A stretch of DNA of 64,000 nucleotides from Eimeria praecox (GCA_963920595.1 OY986947.1:3410001-3474000), one strand, 5' to 3'. Positions 1 through 14,572 are shown, numbered from the stretch's first letter. Numbers and translations: made by a program. The notes: generated from the letters alone by a model not told the origin.

Positions 1-365
1 ATTATTAAATAATTAACAACTATTATTAATTATATTAAAAACAATTATTATTATTATTATATTATTATTAATATTATTATTATAGTTATTATTATTATTA
101 TTACTATTATTATTATACATAAATAAATAAATAAAATAAAATAATATAAAAACTATGAAATCCTTACATTATCATTTGTGTCTTTCAAGAGAATAGTAAA
201 ATAATAATAATTAGAGATAATCATAATTATAACTAAATAATTAACAAATATTATTAAATATATTAAATAATAATACTAATATTATTATAATTATTTGAAA
301 TAAATAAAATAAAATAAAATAAAATAATATAATATAATATAAAATAAAATTAGTATATACTTACA

Positions 366-486
366 TTAATATTTGTATCTTTTAAGAGAATATTTGATTT
401 ACTAGGAGAACATAGAAAATTTAGCTCTGTACTAACTTCCTCTTCAGCTGTATATACAGAAAAGGAGACAGTTAATAAAAAAGTAA

Positions 487-553
<67 letters not shown>

Positions 554-1377
554 AGATAAAATAAATAGGAGACAGATAAATGAATATATAAAAGGAGACA
601 GATAATAAATAGAAGGAGACAGACAATAAACAAAGGGAGACAGATAAATAAAAGGAGACAGATAAATTAAAAGAGACAGATAAATAATTAAATAAGTAAG
701 AGGAGACAGACAATAAACAAAGGGAGACAGATAAATAAAAGGAGACAGACAAATAAAAACAAATAAATAAAAGGAGACAGTTAAATAGAAGGAGACACAC
801 GATTAACACGAGATATATAATTAGAAGGAGATAGATATATAAATAAAAGGAGACAGATAAATAAGAAGAGATAGATAGATAAGAAGAGACAGAGAGAAGG
901 AGACAGATAAGAGGAGACAGAGATAAGAAGAAGAAAACACAAAAACAAAGAAAGGAGACAAATACAAAACATCTATAAACACAAAACACAGATAGAAAAT
1001 ACAAAGGAGACAGAGGAGACAGAAGAATAAACACATGATACACCTCAAACCCTAAACCCTAAACCCTAAGCCCTAAACCCTAAAGCCCAAACCCTAAACC
1101 CTAGCCCCTAACCCCTAAACCCCAAACCCTAAACGCTAAACCCTAAACCCTAAACCTCAAACCCTAAACCCTAAACCCTAAACCCTAACATTAGAAGACC
1201 TACATAGGCCTGTGCTAGCGGCTAGCTGGGCCAGAGTAAGTGTCTCCTTTGTATTAAACACGAGGAGACAGAGGGCTTGCAGCTCCGACGTAAGAAGTAG
1301 AAAAGAGGAGAAGGAGAGATTGTCTCCGTCAACACGCATAGAAACAGAATCCTGAAGGAGACAAAAGGAGACACATT

Positions 1378-1430
<53 letters not shown>

Positions 1431-3599
1431 AGAGAGAGAGAGAGAGAGAGAGTTGCTGTTGCTGCTGCTGCTCCTGCTGCTGCTGCTCCTGCTGCTGCTA
1501 CTGCTGCTCCTGCTGCTGCTGCTGCTGCTGCTGTGTCTTACAGGTGTCTCCTTAATTATTTTTTTGATTTTGGCTTTAACTTCGCAGGTACCGAGGGAAG
1601 GTAAAAGAGTTAATTTCTTTCCTAAGGCGTTAGATGAATAGAAAGATAGAAAGATATCTCGAAGAGAAGAGAAAGGAGACACATATATAACTGAAGCTGC
1701 AGATACACCTGAAAATGGGGGCCATGTACCCCGAGAACATACTCGAAAAGATAAATTACAATTTGAGGCAGAGAGAGAGACACATATACCCTCATCCTGT
1801 TAAACCACACACAATCAAACCCTAAACCCGAAACCCTAAACCCTAAACCCTAAACCCTAAACCCTAAACCCTAAACCCTAAACCCTAGACCCTAAATTTG
1901 GAAGCTAAGACTCAGGAGGGTCAGCCTTAGTTAAGGACTAGAGCTAGGGTTTAGTAGGGTTTAGGGTTTAAGTTAAGGACGACGGATTCAAGTTAGGGTT
2001 TAGGGTTTGAGCCCATGACAAGAGAAGGAGGGTTAATGTGAGGGTTTGTTAATATCGCCTAGGGTTTAACATTAGGGTTTAGAGCTAGGGTTTAGGGTCT
2101 ACAGAAAGTTGATAAGCTCAGGGTTTGTAATTAGGGTTTACTGTTTATGACTAGGGTTTAGGGTCTACAGGTACACAGTATAAGCTCAGGGTTTGCAACT
2201 AGGGTTTAGGGTTTAGGGTTTAGGGTTTAGGGTTTAGGGTTTAGGTCTACTTCTCTCATCTTTTGCATAAGGTCTTCAGAGAGCCTCAGGTCCGTCAGCA
2301 TCGCCTCCATTTTGCTCGTATACTGTGGCCCGCATTCTGAGGTGTACGTACACCGCTCAAACCCTAAACCCTAAACCCTAAACCCTAAACCCTAAACCCT
2401 AACCGCTAAGGTGCTAGTGCTGGGGCGTGTTTGTAAGCAGAAGCCCCCCTTCTGCTGCAGGAATCCCAAGCCGTCTCTTTCTAGGGTTTGTTAGGGTCTA
2501 GGGTTTGGTGAGGGTTTAGGGTATCTGAGGGTTTAGGGTATCTGAGGGTTTAGGGTTTAGGGTTTACCTTCTCTGAGTCTCTGTACGAAATTTCTTTCAA
2601 GGGTTTCGTTTGTTAGCCCCATCTGCAGCAGCCTCTTCGCGAGGTCTACTCGATAGTATCGCTGCAGCATGCATGCACAAATATATGAGGTGTACATACA
2701 CCTCAAGCTGCCTATACACCGTAAGCTGCCTGTACACCTCAAGCTGCCTATACACCTCAAATTGCCTATATACCTCAAGCTGCCTATACACCTCAAGCTG
2801 CCTGTACACCTCAAGCTGCCTATACACCTCAAGCTGCCTATACACCTCAATGCAAGCAAACCGATACACCTCAGAAAGCTCTCCTTCTCGAGCCTCGGCT
2901 CGTCTCCTAGGACCTCTACTAACCCCCGCATCTACCTTAGGATTAGGGTTTAGGGTTTAGGGTTTAGGAATTAGTGTTTAGGGTTTAGGGTTTGAGGTTT
3001 GGGTTTAGAGCTTGAGACGAGGGTTTCATACAAGCAAGGCTCTAGGGTTTAAGACAAGGCTCTAGGGTTTACGGGTTTAGGGTTTATGGTATGAGGCAAC
3101 GAGGGTTTATGCTTCAGGGTCCCTTCTCCTGAAAGGGTCTAGGGTTTAGGGTTTAGGGTTTAGGGTTTAGGGTTTAGCCTCACCTCAAATGCTTCTTTCC
3201 CAGCAATAAGAGCAAACAACCCTACAACCCTATCCAACTCTTCAGCAGCATCACTAGAGGGGGGCCCCTTGGGGGCCCCCTTGGGGGCCCCCCTCGAGGT
3301 CTTTACACTTCTTCTCATGATAGCATCTACATGAAGAGCTGCATGTACACCGCAGAAACCCTAAACCCCAAACCCTAAACCCTAAACCCTAAACCCTAAG
3401 CCATCACCTCAGATCCTATCAAAAACCCCTAAACCCTAAAATCTTCTTCATCTTGAACCGGCCGCTAAGTGGTTTGCAACTTAGGGTTTAGGGTTTAGGG
3501 TTTAGGGTTTAGGGTTTATATATATATTTTCTTACAAAGGAGACGAGCGACAGAGTTAACAATCGGACTCTCAGCCAACAAAAAAGAAGCCCAGGCCTC

Positions 3600-3655
<56 letters not shown>

Positions 3656-4294
3656 ACAGCAGCAGCAACACAAAAACACAAACACAGAGCTGCATGCGCA
3701 TGCAGCAGCTCATTCTCCCCCCAAATTCTAAACCCTAAACCCTAAGCCCTAAACCCTAAACCCTAAACCCTAAACATCTCCAACGCCTTCAACCTCTTGG
3801 GTAGGTAGGAGCCCCTACGGGGCCCCCTTTCTGTGGGGGCCCCCCCTTTCTATGGGGCCCCCCCATTTCTATGGGCCCCCCCCCATTTCTATGGGCCCCC
3901 CCCTTTCTATGGGGCCCCCCCCTTTCTCTGAGGGCCCCCCCTTTCTATGGGGGCCCCCCCTTTCTATGGGGGCCCCCCCTTTCTATGGGGGCCCCCCCTT
4001 TCTATGGGGGGCCCCCCTTTCTATGGGGGGCCCCCCTTTCTATGGGGGGCCCCCCTTTCTATGGGGGGCCCCCCCTTTCTGTGGGGGCCCCCCCTTTCTA
4101 TGGGGGGCCCCCCTTTCTATGGGGGCCCCCCCTTTCTATGGGGGGCCCCCCTTTGTAGTGTATATGTAAGGGTTTGATATTCGGGTCCCCCCCTTACCTT
4201 GAGTCCTAAAGTAAATTCTGGGTTAGATGCGAAGGCCTCCGCAAATATATTTTCGTGTGTCTGCTTCATCGATAAGAGCTTCTCAATAAACTGT

Positions 4295-4348
<54 letters not shown>

Positions 4349-5217
4349 CTGTTGGTGTTTGTGGGGGTCTTAAGAGTAGCAAGAAGGGCCTCTCCCTCTA
4401 ATCTACAAGCCAGCAATATATTTTTTTTGAGTAGATCAATTTCTAAAGCAAGAGAGAAAAGTTTATGTAATACAGTTAATATAATTATATTAATTTGTTG
4501 TACATACACCCGAAGAGCCGCAGGACTCGATAAAATATATTTATGCTTCTTAACTAACTCATCTAATACTACTCTTAATAACATATCTCCGGAGGCCCCA
4601 TGAAGGGCTACATCCTTTCTTCTTTGCTCTCTCAACAAAGCCTCTAAAGCATACATCAAATAATTCGAGAGAGTTATACCCCTATCTATATCTAAACCCC
4701 CTTCATCCTTTATGATCGGGCCCCCCCCTCCTAATCTGCAGGCGCTCTCTCTTTTATAAAAGGAAGCTGTTGATGTTAATAACGCGGGCTCCAACAGATC
4801 AAAGTACCGCTGTACATACACCCTAAACCCTAAACCCTAAACCCTAAACCCTAAACCCTAAACCCTAGACCCTAAACCCTAGACCCTAAACCCTAGATCC
4901 TAAATTTGTGGACCGTATAAAACAATAAATAAGCATAAATAAGCATAAACCCCCCAACCCTTAACCCTTAGTTCATTCAACCTCAAACCCTAAACCCTAA
5001 ACCCTAAACCCTAAACCCTAAACCCTAAACCCTAACCCCTTACCCCCAGGTGTATACACAGCTGACAGAGCTGCATCAGCTCGGGGTTTGCATCTTTCTC
5101 TTCTTTTCTCTCTGTCTCCACAACAGCAACAAACGCATTTACTAGATTTTCTAGTGTCTCCTCTCTCCCCACAAACGCCGCAGCAAGTAGCTTATCACAC
5201 AAACCCTGCAAGCCCCT

Positions 5218-5249
<32 letters not shown>

Positions 5250-5905
5250 GATGCTGCTGCTGTAGCTGCTGAAGCTGCGCCTCCCCTCCCTCCTGATCCG
5301 ACTCCTGCTGCTGCTGCTGCTGCTGCTGCGGCAGCACAGCAGCAGACTTCTCTCCAGGTACGCAAGCATCCAAATAAACAAACACCTGCAGCACTTGATG
5401 CTGAAGACCCATACACCACAAACCCTAAACCCTAAACCCTAAACCCTAAACCCTAAACCCTAGACCCTAAGGTGTCTCTAAGCCCTCTTGGGTATAAACC
5501 CTAAACCCTAAAGCATAAACCGTCAACCCTAGAGTAAAACCCTTCAGCTTCTGAGTGTAAAACCCCAAACCCTAAACCCTAAACCCTAGATCCTAAACCC
5601 TAAACCCTAAACCCTAAACCCTAGGCTGACAGTAGTTTTTCGGTAGTACTCGTAGAGATTAAGCCCCTCCCTAAGGACTTGCTGTGCTGTTGTGGGGTCA
5701 AGGGGGGCCCCCGGGGGCCCCCCTGGTATACCCTTGGGGGCCCCCGGGGGCCCCCCTGGTATACCCTTGGGGGCCCCCTGCAGCAGCAAGTTAATAGAAG
5801 CTGCTGCTTGTTCTACTCTTAACTTCAGAGCAGCAGACACCGCAGCAGACACCCGAGATAATAAACAAGAGCCCCAGCCATCCTTCACCAGCGTCTCCAC
5901 CCGCT

Positions 5906-5941
<36 letters not shown>

Positions 5942-5942
5942 C

Positions 5943-5993
<51 letters not shown>

Positions 5994-6051
5994 ACAGAAA
6001 CACGAAGAGGAAGATGAAGAAGAAACGAAAATGAATAAGCAAAGGCACATA

Positions 6052-6101
<50 letters not shown>

Positions 6102-6900
6102 GCAACAACAGCAGCAGCAGCAAAAGCAGCAGCAGCAGCAGCAGAAAGGAGACAGACAGTTAAACATACACCGAGTATGCAACAGCCCCCAAAACAAGAA
6201 AGGAGACAGAAGAATAGAGGAGGAGACAGTAGAATAGAGGAGGAGACAGTAGAATGAAGGAGACAATAGAACGAAGGAGACAGTAGAATGAAGGAGACAG
6301 TAGAATAAAGGAGACAGTAGAATAAGGGAGGAGACAGAAGAATAGAGGAGGAGACAGTAGAATAAAGGAGGAGACAGTAGAATAGAGGAGGAGACAGTAG
6401 AATAGAGGAGGAGACAGTAGAATAGAGGAGGAGACAGTAGAATAAAGGAGGAGACAGTAGAATAGAGGAGGAGACAGTAGAATAAAGGAGGAGACAGTAG
6501 AATAAAGGAGACAGTAGAACAGAGGACGAGACAGTAGAATAAGGGAGACAGTAGAATAAAGGAGACAGTAGAATAAAGGAGGAGACAGTAGAATAGAGGA
6601 GGAGACAGTAGAATAGAGGAGGAGACAGTAGAATAGAGGAGGAGACAGTAGAATAAAGGAGGAGACAGTAGAATAAGGGAGACAGTAGAATAGAGGAGGA
6701 GACAGTAGAATAGAGGAGGAGACAGTAGAATAAAGGAGGAGACAGTAGAATAAAGGAGGAGACAGTATAATCGTCAATCGTACCCGAGCCAGTAAACATC
6801 GATTTCTAATTTGTTTTTGATCGAAGACAGAAAACAAAAATAAACGCAAGTCCTCCCACGTCTTCTCCACAAAATCAATAGGCAATCCCCTTAACCCTAA
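366..6900 (-). CDS. Cullin, CUL4-like (multi-exon; 5' start uncertain, possibly near 7452; C-terminal neddylation domain lies beyond the left edge)
   Basis: Spliced exons give cullin motifs. FVEKTWEDLR (~6890-6785); RYFDLLEPALLTSTASFYKRES...YALEALLREQRR (4809-4198); EAWASFL...VARLL (3599-3536); SLHVDAIMRR...LFALIAGKEAFE (3338-3184); RYYRVDLAKRLL...NFVQRLRE (~2663-2567); ECGPQYTSKMEAMLTDL (~2337-2250); FYSSNALGKKLTLLPSLGTCEVKA (~1670-1540); LQALCLLVFN (~1290-1205). GKEAFE-RYYRVDLAKRLL resembles the CUL4 GKDVFEAFYKKDLAKRLL segment. Confidence 0.88.
2690..2872. repeat. 21-bp tandem repeat (TACACCTCAAGCTGCCT[A/G]TA-type, ~8 copies) in a cullin intron
   Basis: Direct repeat visible; explains the spurious LEVYRQ / LRCIGS ORFs. 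Confidence 0.9.
3820..4155. repeat. ~20-bp GC-rich self-complementary tandem repeat (CCCCCCTTTCTATGGGGGG) in a cullin intron
   Basis: About 16 near-identical units, each with a C-run and G-run that can pair. Confidence 0.9.
6205..6770. repeat. 17-20-bp minisatellite (GGAGACAGTAGAATA[G/A]A[GGA]) in a cullin intron
   Basis: Direct tandem repeat. Confidence 0.9.
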
Positions 6901-8036
6901 ACAAACACCCAAACCCTAAACCCTAAACCCTAAACCCTAAACCCTAAACCCTAAACCAAAAACCCTGGATATGCCGTCTTCAGGATAATGCAACTCTTGC
7001 AGCTGCAGTAGGTTCGGTTTTTCACATCCTCAGGGGCCCCTAGAGGCCCCTGGGGGCCCCTTGGGGGCCCCCAGGGGCCTTTGGGGGCCCCCGGGGGGCC
7101 CCTTGTCTCCCCTACAGGGCAAGTAGGGGGGCCCCTGGGGTCCCAGCCCCTGGTTCCACATGGAGACCCTAGGGGCCCCCCAGGGGGCCCCTTTGAGGGC
7201 CCCTGTGGTGCCTTAGAGGGCCCTTAGGGGCCCTTAGGGCCCCTTAGGGGGGCCCTGGGGGTCCTTGGGGGGGCCCCTAAGGGGCCCCCAGGGGCCCTCT
7301 GGGGGCCCCCGGGGGGCCCCCCGGGGGCCCCCAGAGGGCCCCCTCGGGGGCCCCCGAGGGCCCCATTGAAGGATGGGTATCTGTTTACCGTCTGGGGGTA
7401 ATTTGATGGGGATAAAATCTCCGCATAGCGGAGAGTGCGGGTTTAGCTGCATGGAGGGTTTCTGTGTTTGTATGAATAAGATAAGTTATTTGGGGGCGTG
7501 AGCGATGAAAGGGGGGGGTTTGAAGGGTTAATAGATATAGAATAAGGATATAAATACATAGAGGATAGTTAGATAATAATATATAACAAAAAAAATAAGA
7601 AAATAGATATAAATACAAGAAGAACGAAGCTCAGGTGTCTATGCATACACCTCAAACCCCCATGCATGCGTTGAGCTGTAGCCTTCATATATTTGTTAGT
7701 GTTATATATATATATATATATATAAGAGAAGATATTGTTATTAAAATAATAAAATATAATTAAATAAATAAAATAAATATATTTAAATAAATAAAAACAA
7801 TTTAATAAATCTACAAATACAAGAAAACAATCCCTCGATATCTTCTCTGTGTGTTCTCGCCGATGTTTTGTTATATTTTTATACTTTTTTATACATTTTC
7901 ACTCTTTTTTATTATTTTTAATTAAATAAAATATATTTTAATGTATTTAAAATATATAAATATATATATAATGCGTTCAAATGAGAGAAAATGAGGGGAG
8001 GAGGCTCTATTACTATATACACATAGAATGTATAAC

Positions 8037-8095
<59 letters not shown>

Positions 8096-8353
8096 ACAAG
8101 TAGGGGTCATGTATATATAATATATACGTAAATAAAAAATTAATTTATTTATTTATTTACTTATTTATTAATTAATTAATTTATTTATTTATATATTTAT
8201 TTATATGTTTACTATCTTTTTGTTTTATTTTACTTATAGACATATAGTTATAAACAGATTCCTACTTAATTAGACACTTCCGAATTTGTTTGTAGAATAT
8301 TCTCGTCTATAAATAAAATAAAACAAAACGAAAGACAATTAAAATATACTTAC

Positions 8354-8508
<155 letters not shown>

Positions 8509-8942
8509 ACAAACAACAAGTGCGTATATTATGATATTATATTAGTAAGATTATACTACTAGATTATAATATTATTATATTATATTCTATTATATAATTA
8601 TATTATTATAATATATTATATTATTTAATATTATATATATTCTTAAACCCTAATAGCTACATACCCTTCCTATTCAGGTGTATGTACACCAAAAGATTTT
8701 ATATTAACCTTAGCGATGTCTTCGTCTCTCTCTCCTCTATGTTTCTCCTTTCCTTCAAACAGCCTCTCTGACTGCCCCTAAACCCTAAACCCTAAACCCT
8801 AAACCCTAAACCCTAAACCCTAAACCCTAATAAACTCTGAATAGACAAAGAGAAGCAAACAAACATACTCTTTCTTATTTATATACCTTCTATTTCTTTT
8901 CTTAATTTCATACTTCTTTATAGCTTCATATAAAATAATTAA

Positions 8943-8992
<50 letters not shown>

Positions 8993-10049
8993 CCACAACG
9001 CAGCTAGCCACAGCTAGCCACAGCTAGCCACAGCTAGCCACAGCTAGCCACAGCTAGCTGTAGACAGTAGCAGAGTTATTTATTAGACGTAGGAGATATA
9101 ATTATATTTATCTTCTAGTTTGTTTATTTCTCTCTCTCACAAATAATACAAGCCATACAACCCTAACACCAAACACAGACTCTCCCACCTACAGCTAGCT
9201 GCAGCTAGCTAAACTAAACAGCAGCTAGCTGTGGCTAGCTGTGGCTAGCTGTAGCTAGCTGTAGCTAGCTGTGGCTAGCTGGAGGGTGTAGGAGGTGTCT
9301 GTAGCTAGCTGCTAGAGACACCTCCCATCTAACTGTCTCCTTTCACAAATAAAATAAATACCAATAAATAAAAATATTGATCTGTCTCCTTCTACAAATA
9401 AAGAAGAGACAAATACAATAGAGAGACAGATAGTTGAATAGAGAGACAGATAATTAAATAGAAAATAAACAGAGACAGACAAATAAAGAGAGACAGACAA
9501 ACAAACAGAGACAAACCAATAAAGAGAGACAGACACACAAACAGAGACAGATAATAAAATAAAGAGACAGATAATTAAATAGAGAGAGACAGATAATTAA
9601 ATAGAGAGACAGATAATTAAATAGAGACAGAAAAATAAAGGGAGAGAGACGGAGAGAGACAGAGAGAGACAGAGAGAGAGAGACACATAACTAAATGGAG
9701 ACAGATAATTAAATAGAGAGAGACAGATAATTAAATAGAGACAGAAAAATAAAGGGAGAGAGACGGAGAGAGACAGAGAGAGAGACATATAACTAAATGG
9801 AGACAGATAAATAAAGAGAGAGACAGATAATTAAATTGAGACAGACAAGAAGAGACAAGAAGAGAGATATGTATAGACGCTGCAGACAACAGCAGCAGCA
9901 CACAAAGAGGCCACAGCACATTAGGGCTTAGGGTTTAGGGCTTAGGGTTTAGGGTTTAGGGTTTAGTCTGCCTGTCTTCGTGTTTGTGGCTTGTTAGTAA
10001 TTTGTTTCTTTTCTGTTCTTCTCTAAGACCATCAAAAGAAGGCCTCGCC

Positions 10050-11435
10050 TCTGTCTCCTCTCTGTCTCCTCACTGTCTCTCTCTGTCTCTCTTTGTCTCT
10101 CTCTGTCTCTCTCTGTCTCCTCTCTGTCTCCCCTGTGTCTCCTCTCTGTCTCCTCTCTGTCTCCCCTCTGTCTCCTCTCTGTCTCCTCTCTGTCTCCTCT
10201 CTGTCTCCTGTCTGTCTCCTCTCTGTCTCCTCTCTGTCTCCTCTCTGTCTCCTGTCTGTCTCTGTCTGTCTCCTCTCTGTCTCCCCTCTGTCTCCTCTCT
10301 GTCTCCTCTCTGTCTCTCTCTGTCTCCTGTCTGTCTCTCTCTGTCTCTCTCTGTCTCCTCTCTGTCTCTCTCTGTCTCCTCTCTGTCTCCTGTCTGTCTC
10401 CTCTCTGTCTCTCTCTGTCTCTCTCTGTCTGCCTCTCTCTGTCTCTCTCTCTCTGTCTCTCTCTGTCTCCTGTCTCTCTCTCTCTGTCTCCTCTCTGTCT
10501 CTGTCTGTCTCCTGTCTGCCTTCTGTCTGTCTTCTGTCTGTCTCCTCTCTGTCTCTTCTCTGTTTCTATCTGTCTCCTTTTTATCTCTTTTCTCCCTCTG
10601 TCTCCTCTCTGTCTCCTCTCTGTCTCCTCTCTGTCTCCTCTCTGTCTCCTCTCTGTCTCTGTCTCCTTTTAATCTCTTTTCTATATCTGTCTCTGTCTGT
10701 CTCTGTCTGTCTCTGTCTGTCTCTGTCTGTCTCTGTCTGTCCCTGTCTATCTCTGTCTGTCACTGTCTGTCTCCTTTCTGTCTCTTTTGTGTATCTGTCT
10801 CTCTCCCTTCTGTCTCTATCTCTGTCTCTGTCTGTCTCCTCTCTATCTTCTTTCTATCTCCATCTCTTTCTTCTTCTACTACTGTCTCTCTTCTATATCT
10901 GTCTCTCTCTGTGTCTCTGTCTCTGTCTCTGCCTCTTATATCTGTCTCTGTCTATCTTCTGTCTCTGTCTCCTTCCTGTCTCCTTCCTATCTCTGTTCCT
11001 GTCTCCTTCCTATCTCTGTTCCTGTCTCCTTCCTATCTCTGTTCCTGTCTCCTTCCTATCTCTGTCTCTGTCTCTGTCTCTGTCTTCGTCTCTGTCTCTT
11101 TTCTACTTCTGTCTGTCTCTGTCTTTCTGTCTCTCTTCTATTTCTTCTCTGTCTCTCTCTGTCTCCTCTCTCTGTCTCCTCTCTCTGCCTGTCTGTCTCC
11201 TTTCTCTCTCTGTCTCCTCTCTCTGTCTCCTCTCTCTGTCTGTCTGTCTCCTCTCTCTCTCTGTCTCCTCTCTCTGTCTGTCTGTCTTTGTCTGTCTGTC
11301 TCTGTCTGTCTGTCTCCTCTCTCTCTCTGTCTCCTCTCTCTGTCTGTCTGTCTGTCTCTGTCTGTCTCTGTCTGTCTGTCTTTGTCTGTCTGTCTCTGTC
11401 TGTCTGTCTCCTTTCTCTCTCTCTGTCTCCTCTAT
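10050..11435. repeat. CT/CTGT low-complexity tract
   Basis: Degenerate (CTCTGT)n; source of spurious SLSV-type ORFs. Confidence 0.9.
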
Positions 11436-12581
11436 CTGATGTCGACAATACACCTGACTATGTATCTGCTAACAAGTTTATTATCTATTTATTTATATAT
11501 TTATCTATTTATTAATTATTTATTATTTATTATTTATTATTTATTATTTATTTATTTATTTATTATTTACTATTTACTTATCTATTACTCATTTAATATT
11601 TATTTATTTCTGCTGTCTGCAGCTGAATGTAACGAGCGGTCCGTCCTACGCGACCGCAGGTTCCTTAGGGTTTAGGGTTTAGGGTTTAGGGTTTAGGGTT
11701 TAGGGTTTAGGGTTTAGGGTTTAGGATTTTGAGGGACAGTCACGACAAAATATATTTTATACGTTCCCCGCAGGCAGCAGCAAGGTTGAGACGCTCTCGC
11801 CAAACCCTAAACCCTAAACCTTAAACCCTAGACCCTAAACCCTAAACCCTAAACCCTAAACCCTAAACCCTAGAGGTGTTACGCATAAACCTGATGAAAT
11901 ATGTTTAGATTTTGGTGAACCAGCTTAGATATTAGGGTTTAGGGTTTAGGGTTTAGGGTTTACGTTCAAGTGACCTTGGTTAGCTCCGGTCGTCGCTGCT
12001 CTCTGCATAACAGCCCTAAACCCTAAACCCTAAACCCTAAACCCTAAACCCTAGGCCATCTATTAAATGGGTTTTATATATATTTTTTAATTTTAAAACA
12101 ACAAACTCGCATCTGTTTTATCTCCGAGGGCTCCCTGTCTTCTGTTAGCTTGGCGATAGGAGACAGAGACGCCAGAGCCTAGGGTTTAGGGTTTAGAAAA
12201 CCTAGGGTTTGGGGTTTAGGGTTTAGGGTTTAGGGTTTTAATCTGTTTTTGAAGACCCTCCATAGACCCCTGTTGTCTGCAGCACTGTGGTGTATGTACA
12301 CCCGGCGAGTTCGCATAATATATACACCTCAGCAGCCACAACATAGCCGGCTAGGGTTTAGGGTTTAGGGTTTAGAGATTAGGGTTTAGCGTGTAGGGGC
12401 CCCCGGCAGCGAGGTATTTGCCCGCTGCCAATAGGGGCCCCCAGAGGAGTCCATCTTTAATTTGAATCTTGCATTTGTTTTAGGGTTTAGGGTTTAGGGT
12501 TTAGGGTTTAGGGTTTAGGGTTTAGGGTTTAGGGTTTAGGGTTTAGGGTTTAGGGTTTAGGGTTTAGGGTTTGTTATCAAG

Positions 12582-12690
12582 ATGGCTCTTCGCCTTTCTA
12601 TCGTGTTGGCCTTTGGCCTCGCCTGTGCATTTTCAAACTCCGCAGTCTCCTCAGCCCCCGCGGTACGCTGCAGCAGCAGCAGCTGCTGCT

Positions 12691-12729
<39 letters not shown>

Positions 12730-12865
12730 TCAGCAGCAGTATCAGCATGAGCTGCAGCGGAATTAGCATGAGAAGTAGCAGCAACACCAGCAGCAGCAGC
12801 AGCAGCAAGTGAATCAGATTATGCATGTCTTGTTCTTGCTGCAGCAGATATATTTGCTGCTGTTA

Positions 12866-12898
<33 letters not shown>

Positions 12899-13235
12899 TG
12901 TGCTGCAGGGAGGAGACATTTTGGGGGGACTGCTGCACACTCGGACAGGCGAAGGCCGCTATCCTTTTAATATATTTGAAGCACCTGCAGCAGCAGCAGC
13001 AGCACCAGCAGCAGCAGCAGCACCAGCAGCAGCACCAGCAGCAACAGGAGCAACAGGAGCAGCAGCAGCAGGAGCAGCAGGAGGCCCTGGTGCTGCAGAT
13101 GCGAAGCCATCTGCTGCAGCAGCAGGAACAGCAGCAAATGATGCTGCTGCTGCTGCTGCTGCTGATGTGTGGCAGGGAGCAGCAAACGCCGCTCAGCGAT
13201 TCTTTGACAGCCTCTCCTTCAACTGGCCTACACCC

Positions 13236-13294
<59 letters not shown>

Positions 13295-13440
13295 TGCTAA
13301 CCCCGTGTCTGTACTGCCAGTAGTAGACACACGGCCTATGAGCTTTCTTCATGAAGATATCGAAAGCGAAGACATTGAATCCGCTGCAGCAGAAGAGTAC
13401 GACTCTACAGATCTAGCAGCAGCAGCAGCAGCAGCAGGAA

Positions 13441-13476
<36 letters not shown>

Positions 13477-13661
13477 GAAGCCCAGCAGCAGCCAAAAGAC
13501 AATCATGGGATTCGCGCAGCTGGCCGGGGTCTGCAGAGGGAGCTGCCTATACACCCGAAGACATGCTCGTAAGCCCCATCGATCAGCAGCAGCAGCAGCA
13601 GCAGCAGCAGCAAGAGCAGCAACAGGAAGAGCAGCAGCAGGCCGAAGTAAAGCATATGAGT

Positions 13662-13697
<36 letters not shown>

Positions 13698-14166
13698 AAG
13701 AGCTGCTCCTTAGCAGAAGCAGCAACAGCAGCAGAAGCACTAAAGTGTCACATAGGGCATATGGGTTTGTCTCTCTCTAATGCAGCAGCAGCAGCAGCAC
13801 AACAACGTATATTAGCTGCAGCAGCAGCCTTTCCTGCTGCAGCAGCAGAACATCTAGCAGCAGCAAGACACCGCATGCATCATGCTATCACTCGTTGGCA
13901 GGCGAGCCGCAGCAGCAGTTTGAACGACCAACAACAGCAGCAGCAGCAGCAGCAAACAACAGCAGCAACAGCAGCAGCAGCAGCAGCAGCAGATAAACCC
14001 TTTGACTCTGCTTCGTTCATGGCGAGGGCAGTAATGCATGCGCAGCAGCGGATGGAGGGCCTCCATGCTGCAGTGTTGAGAGACAGCAGCAGCAGCAGCA
14101 GAGGCGATTCCCACAAGACCCGTCGCCCCACACCAACAGCAGCAGCAACAGCAGCAGCAGCAACAG

Positions 14167-14201
<35 letters not shown>

Positions 14202-14338
14202 GGAGGTTGGTGGGAGGAGACAGGCTTACCCCTGAGTAGGGCTAACATGCATAGACGAGTGTGCTCGATATACACCCGGCAACTCCCTCAGAGTCTAGAT
14301 CAGCTGCTGGAAGCCCTTCGTTATTCTCTGCAGCAGCA

Positions 14339-14373
<35 letters not shown>

Positions 14374-14534
14374 TGAAGCAGTGGGGCCCCACAAATAAAG
14401 AAGAAGAGACAGTTGAAGAAGAAGTTTTTAAGATTATTCTCTCTGCCCTCAAAGCAGGAAATTTTGCTGCTGCTGCACGTACTTGGATGCAGCAAATAAG
14501 AGAACAGGTTGCTGCTTATCTGCTGCAGCAGCTG

Positions 14535-14572
<38 letters not shown>

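Larger units (their letters stand above)
1047..5622. repeat. Interstitial telomere-like (AAACCCT)n/(AGGGTTT)n clusters in cullin introns; also throughout the window
   Basis: Dozens of short heptamer runs, mostly intronic or intergenic; a known feature of Eimeria genomes. Confidence 0.95.

Noticed and set aside
2870..2935. Extra cullin exon (RGLVEVLGDEPRLEKESF)
   Set aside because: GKEAFE joins directly to RYYRVDLAKRLL to give the conserved cullin motif without it.
3852..4177. Gly/Pro-rich ORFs in three frames
   Set aside because: GC-rich minisatellite inside a cullin intron.
9984..11675. 563-aa and 448-aa ORFs
   Set aside because: Translations of CT/CTGT microsatellite lacking stops.
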